A stretch of DNA of 10,757 bases from Sulfurimonadaceae bacterium. Its GTDB lineage: Bacteria > Campylobacterota > Campylobacteria > Campylobacterales > Sulfurimonadaceae. The position numbers and the translations under genes are program-made. Below, piece after piece: positions 7,352 to 10,757 of the stretch (its first letter is position 1; every line of letters begins with the position of its first letter). The notes below the pieces were generated by a model. That model saw nothing but the letters and a program-made list of their open reading frames with translations, did no database searches and was not told where the DNA came from. Where the stretch lies: positions 1 to 10,757 of the forward strand of contig JBFESZ010000072.1 of the NCBI GenBank assembly GCA_041548245.1, written 5' to 3'.

Positions 7352-8427
7352 TGGCGAAATATAAAATTGCACTCATTAAGGGTGACGGAATCGGACCTGA
7401 AATCATTGATGAAGCGGTAAAGGTCCTAGACGCTGTTGCTTCATGTGAGGGTTTTGAGCTTAAGTACAAAGAGTTATTGATGGGAGGAATCGCATATGAC
7501 GTGCATGGCGATCCTCTTCCTCAGGAGACCATTACTGCTTCAATGGAAAGCGATGCTGTTCTTTTTGGTGCTATCGGTGGTGAAAAATGGGACAACCTTC
7601 CACGTGAAAAACGTCCTGAATCAGGACTTCTTCGTTTTAGAAAAGAGCTGGGCGTTTTTGCAAATCTTCGTCCTGCTATGGTGTATGACGAGCTGATCAA
7701 TGCCAGTTCTTTAAAGCCGGAGATTATCAAAGGTGTCGACCTGATGGTTGTACGTGAACTGATCGGTGGTATCTATTTTGGTGAGCCAAAGGGACGTGAT
7801 GACAATAAAGGCTGGAATACAATGGTGTACAGCCGCTCGGAAATTAATCGTATCGCACATGTGGCTTTTAAGTCGGCAATGGAGCGTGATAGACGCGTCT
7901 GCTCCATTGACAAAGCCAACGTACTTGATGTCAGCCAGCTATGGCGTGAAGAAGTGGAAGCCGTTTCCAAAGAGTACCCTGAAGTTCAATTGACTCATAT
8001 GTATGTTGATAATGCTGCAATGCAGCTTATACGTGATCCGAAACAGTTTGACGTCATGCTAACAGGAAACATATTTGGAGATATCCTAAGTGATGAAGCT
8101 TCTATGCTTTCTGGTTCTATTGGTCTTCTCCCTTCAGCTTCTGTCGGAAGTAAGGTAGGTGTGTATGAACCGATCCACGGTTCTGCCCCTGATATTGCAG
8201 GACAAGGTATCGCTAACCCTATCGCTACGATAGCGTCAGCTTCGATGATGTTGCGTTACGCACTTAATGAAGTAAAAGCAGCTAATAAGATAGATGCTGC
8301 TATTGCCAAAGCATTGAGTGAAGGCTATCGTACCAAAGATATTAGCATGTATGATGCCAAAGAGGTGTGTTCAACTTCTGAGATGGGTTCTATCATTGCT
8401 AATTACGCAGCGCAATGCAAACACTAA
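7351..8427 (+). CDS. leuB: 3-isopropylmalate dehydrogenase
   Basis: 358 aa. Motifs [19 protein letters not shown]...[46 protein letters not shown] and [24 protein letters not shown] overlap with leuD. Confidence 0.97.
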   Translation: MAKYKIALIKGDGIGPEIIDEAVKVLDAVASCEGFELKYKELLMGGIAYDVHGDPLPQETITASMESDAVLFGAIGGEKWDNLPREKRPESGLLRFRKELGVFANLRPAMVYDELINASSLKPEIIKGVDLMVVRELIGGIYFGEPKGRDDNKGWNTMVYSRSEINRIAHVAFKSAMERDRRVCSIDKANVLDVSQLWREEVEAVSKEYPEVQLTHMYVDNAAMQLIRDPKQFDVMLTGNIFGDILSDEASMLSGSIGLLPSASVGSKVGVYEPIHGSAPDIAGQGIANPIATIASASMMLRYALNEVKAANKIDAAIAKALSEGYRTKDISMYDAKEVCSTSEMGSIIANYAAQCKH

Positions 8428-8663
8428 CTCTCGCAAATATTTACGAGCTTCAAGGTCTTAAAGAAGAGGCCTTGGAAATTTACCAGGAGATCTTAAAAAA
8501 AGATCCCAGCAATGCTGATGCAAAGATTGCCATTCGCCGTCTGTCTGGCATGCGCAAGAAATACCTTGGCTGTAATGAGCAGATGAAAGAGTTCTTCATT
8601 AAGATGGAAGATCCCATCGAGTTCAATGAATTTGAAAGGTGGTTGTTAAAGCTATGGAATTAA
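8415..8663 (+). CDS. Small hypothetical protein with a single TPR-like repeat
   Basis: 82 aa. [33 protein letters not shown] fits the TPR consensus. It overlaps leuB by 13 nt and the next gene by 10 nt. Confidence 0.8.
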   Translation: MQTLTLANIYELQGLKEEALEIYQEILKKDPSNADAKIAIRRLSGMRKKYLGCNEQMKEFFIKMEDPIEFNEFERWLLKLWN

Positions 8664-8968
8664 AAGATGTTATTCTCTCGACGCTAGAGGAGTTGGAACA
8701 CTCTAAAGATGAATCAGTTGCCAGTGATATATTACTCACTGTAGAAACAAAACCTGCTGATGAACTAAGCAAAGATACGACTAAGGTCGAATCTACACAC
8801 AATGAAGCCCTTTTCCTTGAGAACATGAAAGAGCGTATTCATGTGCTGTTTGAAGGCTTTCAATCACCCAATAATGTCAATATAGAGGCCAAGGTCGATT
8901 TGACGTTAAACTTTTTAGAATATCTTCTTGCTTCAATTGAAGCGCGTATTAAAGAAATTAAAAAATGA
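8654..8968 (+). CDS. CiaD-like protein (resembles Campylobacter invasion antigen D C-terminal domain)
   Basis: Probable start ATG 8654 ([15 protein letters not shown]), giving 104 aa. The C-terminus NEALFLENMKERIHVLFEGFQSPNNVNIEAKVDLTLNFLEYLLASIEARI resembles C. jejuni CiaD as I recall it, and C. jejuni ciaD also lies near purU. Confidence 0.75.
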   Translation: MELKDVILSTLEELEHSKDESVASDILLTVETKPADELSKDTTKVESTHNEALFLENMKERIHVLFEGFQSPNNVNIEAKVDLTLNFLEYLLASIEARIKEIKK

Positions 8969-9801
8969 GACAATACCGAATACTTATTGATTGTGCAGAT
9001 AAAAAAGGTCTGGTCTATACTACATCCAAGCTTTTTTATGAGCTTGAGCTCAACATCCTTTCAAATCATGAGTTTGTCGACAGTGATAATGAAAAATTCT
9101 TTATGAGAAGTGTCGTAGAAGGCAATATAGATGAAGCAACTTTAAATGCAAAGCTTGGCGAAGTCTTAATTGATGAAATCAATTTCAAAGTTGTTTCTCC
9201 GCGAAAAAAGAATATTGTCTTGATGGTAACTAAAGAATCCCACTGCCTGGGGGATATATTGATTCGTTATGAGGCCGGTGAACTTGATGCACACATTATG
9301 GCTGTTGTCTCAAACTATGACATATTAGAACCTTTGGTCAAAAAATTTGATATACCTTATTACTGTGTCTCGCATGAAGGCTTGAACAGGCACGAGCATG
9401 AGGCTGAAGTGTTAAAATGTCTGGAACAGTTTTCTGATATTGATTATATAGTTTTGGCTAAATATATGCGGATTTTAACACCTGCCTTTGTCGAAGCTTA
9501 CAGTGACAAGATTATTAATATTCACCATTCGTTCTTACCGGCATTTATTGGGGCAAACCCATATAAACAGGCTCATGAGCGAGGTGTTAAAATCATTGGT
9601 GCTACAGCACATTTCGTAAACAACGATCTGGATGAGGGACCTATTATTTCACAAGATGTTATTAATGTGAACCATGATCACAGTTGGAAGGACATGCAGC
9701 GTTCAGGTCGTGATATTGAGAAGATAACACTCTCACGTGCTCTTAAACTTGCATTAGAAGACAGAATTTTTGTCTATAAAAATAAAACGGTTATTTTTTA
9801 A
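8965..9801 (+). CDS. purU: Formyltetrahydrofolate deformylase
   Basis: 278 aa. N-terminal ACT domain (CADKKGLV...FFMR), then MVTKESHCLGDIL, VLAKYMRIL, INIHHSFLPAFIGANPYKQAHERGVKIIGATAHFV and LDEGPII. ATGA overlap with the upstream gene. Confidence 0.97.
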   Translation: MRQYRILIDCADKKGLVYTTSKLFYELELNILSNHEFVDSDNEKFFMRSVVEGNIDEATLNAKLGEVLIDEINFKVVSPRKKNIVLMVTKESHCLGDILIRYEAGELDAHIMAVVSNYDILEPLVKKFDIPYYCVSHEGLNRHEHEAEVLKCLEQFSDIDYIVLAKYMRILTPAFVEAYSDKIINIHHSFLPAFIGANPYKQAHERGVKIIGATAHFVNNDLDEGPIISQDVINVNHDHSWKDMQRSGRDIEKITLSRALKLALEDRIFVYKNKTVIF

Positions 9802-10271
9802 TGATCAATCTGGTTCTAGTACATCCTCAAATACCAAACAATACAGGTGCTATAGGCCGTCTATGTGTCAACACAGACACAACGCTCCATCTGATCAAAC
9901 CGATTGGCTTCGATATCGATGAAAAGGCTGTGCGTCGCGCAGGGTTGGATTACTGGCATAAACTTGATCTTCATGTATGGGAGAATTTAGAGGAGTTCTT
10001 TTCTAAAAACCCAAAAGCGAAAGAGGGTCATTTTGCGACGACAAAAACAGATAAGCCATATTTTGAAGCTTCCTTTGAAAAAGAGTGCTATATCTTTTTT
10101 GGAAGTGAGACAAAAGGCATACCTTCAGATGTGTTGGAAAAATACCCTGAGCAATGCATTACTATACCTATGACAAAAGAGGGTAGAAGTCTAAACCTTG
10201 CAATTAGTACGGGAATCATTTTGTATGAAGCGATTAAACAAAACTTCATTTCCTATCAAGAGCTGATGTGA
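9801..10271 (+). CDS. trmL: tRNA (cytidine/uridine(34)-2'-O)-methyltransferase, SPOUT family
   Basis: 156 aa. Motifs LVHPQIPNNTGAIGRLC, LHLIKPIGF, RRAGLDYW, FFGSETKGIP and IPM...RSLNLAISTGIILYEA. TAATG overlap with purU. Confidence 0.94.
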   Translation: MINLVLVHPQIPNNTGAIGRLCVNTDTTLHLIKPIGFDIDEKAVRRAGLDYWHKLDLHVWENLEEFFSKNPKAKEGHFATTKTDKPYFEASFEKECYIFFGSETKGIPSDVLEKYPEQCITIPMTKEGRSLNLAISTGIILYEAIKQNFISYQELM

Positions 10272-10375
10272 CATCTTTCTTTGATATCGTCATCCCTGCT
10301 GCTTTCATTCTTTTTTTAGTATTCATATTTGCCGGTTATCATGCTTCACGACATGATCAGGATAGACAAGAGTGA
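10268..10375 (+). CDS. Putative 35-aa single-pass membrane small protein
   Basis: GTG start overlaps the trmL stop (GTGA). It reads MTSFFDIVIPAAFILFLVFIFAGYHASRHDQDRQE then TGA, one hydrophobic helix plus a polar tail. Too short for the ORF track. Confidence 0.55.
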   Translation: MTSFFDIVIPAAFILFLVFIFAGYHASRHDQDRQE

Positions 10376-10380
10376 TCTTT

Positions 10381-10464
10381 TTATAATATTTTATCTGCTA
10401 AGTTCTCCAAAGATCTTTCAAATCTTGTAAAGATTGTTTCTGCTTTTTTTATAATCTTTGCCAT
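10381..10464 (-). CDS. Putative 27-aa amphipathic helical small protein
   Basis: ATG 10464-10462 to TAA 10383-10381 reads MAKIIKKAETIFTRFERSLENLADKIL. SD AAGGA (10475-10471) lies 6 nt upstream, and a TATAAT sits at 10520-10515. Confidence 0.6.
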   Translation of the reverse strand: MAKIIKKAETIFTRFERSLENLADKIL

Positions 10465-10514
10465 CTTTTATCCTTTTAAATACTTCATTTTGAAGTTTAA
10501 TTGGGATAAGTTTA

Positions 10515-10539
10515 ATTATAAACGACATGCTTTTTAAAT
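10515..10539 (-). promoter_or_regulatory. sigma70 promoter for the 27-aa sORF
   Basis: The minus strand reads ATTTAAAAAGCATGTCGTTTATAAT, a TTTAA tract followed by a perfect TATAAT at 10520-10515. Confidence 0.5.
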
Positions 10540-10550
10540 AATATTGCAAA

Positions 10551-10599
10551 TTGACATATAATTGTGTAAAATAATGTCAACTGCTTATTATTACACTAT
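10551..10599. promoter_or_regulatory. Promoter/operator region upstream of the HTH regulator
   Basis: Plus-strand TATAAT at 10557-10562 and TAAAAT at 10567-10572. Inverted repeats TTGACAT (10551-10557)/ATGTCAA (10574-10580) and GTGTAA (10564-10569)/TTACAC (10591-10596). Confidence 0.45.
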
Positions 10600-10623
10600 A
10601 AATCACGATATTAGGAGGCCAAA

Positions 10624-10757
10624 ATGAAAGGCTTTAGCGAAATAGTCGAAGAGATTAAAGATGTTGTTTCAGAAGATTTCCCTGGTAGGAAGATATTTGA
10701 CAAGGATATTGCGAATTTACTCGGAATATCCCAGATGAATTTTGCGACGATGAAAAA
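10624..10757 (+). CDS. 5' part of a CI/LexA-like HTH transcriptional regulator (probably S24 peptidase family), truncated by window end
   Basis: SD AGGAGG 10613-10618 and ATG 10624. It reads MKGFSEIVEEIKDVVSEDFPGRKIFDKDIANLLGISQMNFATMK..., where DKDIANLLGISQMNFATMK is an HTH like that of Campylobacterota phage-repressor-like proteins. The S24 domain itself is not visible in the window. Confidence 0.75.
   Translation, partial: MKGFSEIVEEIKDVVSEDFPGRKIFDKDIANLLGISQMNFATMK

Noticed and set aside
5009..7993. Short antisense or off-frame ORFs within flgF, flgG, leuD and leuB
   Set aside because: They overlap well-supported genes and have no independent coding evidence.
8623..8826. Minus-strand 67-aa ORF, and GTG 8639 as start of the CiaD-like gene
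   Set aside because: The ORF is an antisense shadow. ATG 8654 gives a more plausible N-terminus, though GTG 8639 is not strictly excluded.
10418..10528. Alternative 36-aa minus-strand ORF MSFIIKLIPIKLQNEVFKRIKDGKDYKKSRNNLYKI
   Set aside because: It has no SD and starts upstream of the predicted -10. The overlapping 27-aa ORF has much better signals.
10551..10556. Perfect TTGACA as a -35 element
   Set aside because: No -10 hexamer lies 16-18 nt downstream (TATAAT is adjacent and TAAAAT is 10 nt away), so it is better read as half of an inverted repeat.
1..10757. tRNA, rRNA, CRISPR array, IS element, integrase or frameshifted pseudogene
   Set aside because: No such signatures were seen. Intergenic gaps are short and all major genes appear full length.

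Overview
Ordinary-looking chromosomal core region of a Campylobacterota (Epsilonproteobacteria) bacterium, probably a Sulfurimonas/Sulfuricurvum-like lineage, inferred from gene content, protein similarity and promoter style. Left to right: a probable divergent partial membrane-anchored (TonB-like) ORF; hemL with an AtpZ/AtpI-like gene and a four-TM membrane protein (+); a PAS-like/degenerate HATPase-like protein and rpoD (-); a sigma54-driven flgF-flgG (+); a tightly coupled leuD-leuB-TPR-like-ciaD-like-purU-trmL operon (+) ending in a 35-aa membrane sORF; a 27-aa amphipathic sORF (-); and the start of a CI/LexA-like HTH regulator. No rRNA, tRNA, CRISPR or mobile element was seen. The best leads are the putative pseudokinase behind rpoD, the sORF/repressor divergon at the right end, the structured leuD leader, and the displaced AtpZ/AtpI-like pair. 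Family assignments come from motif recognition only, and no searches were run.
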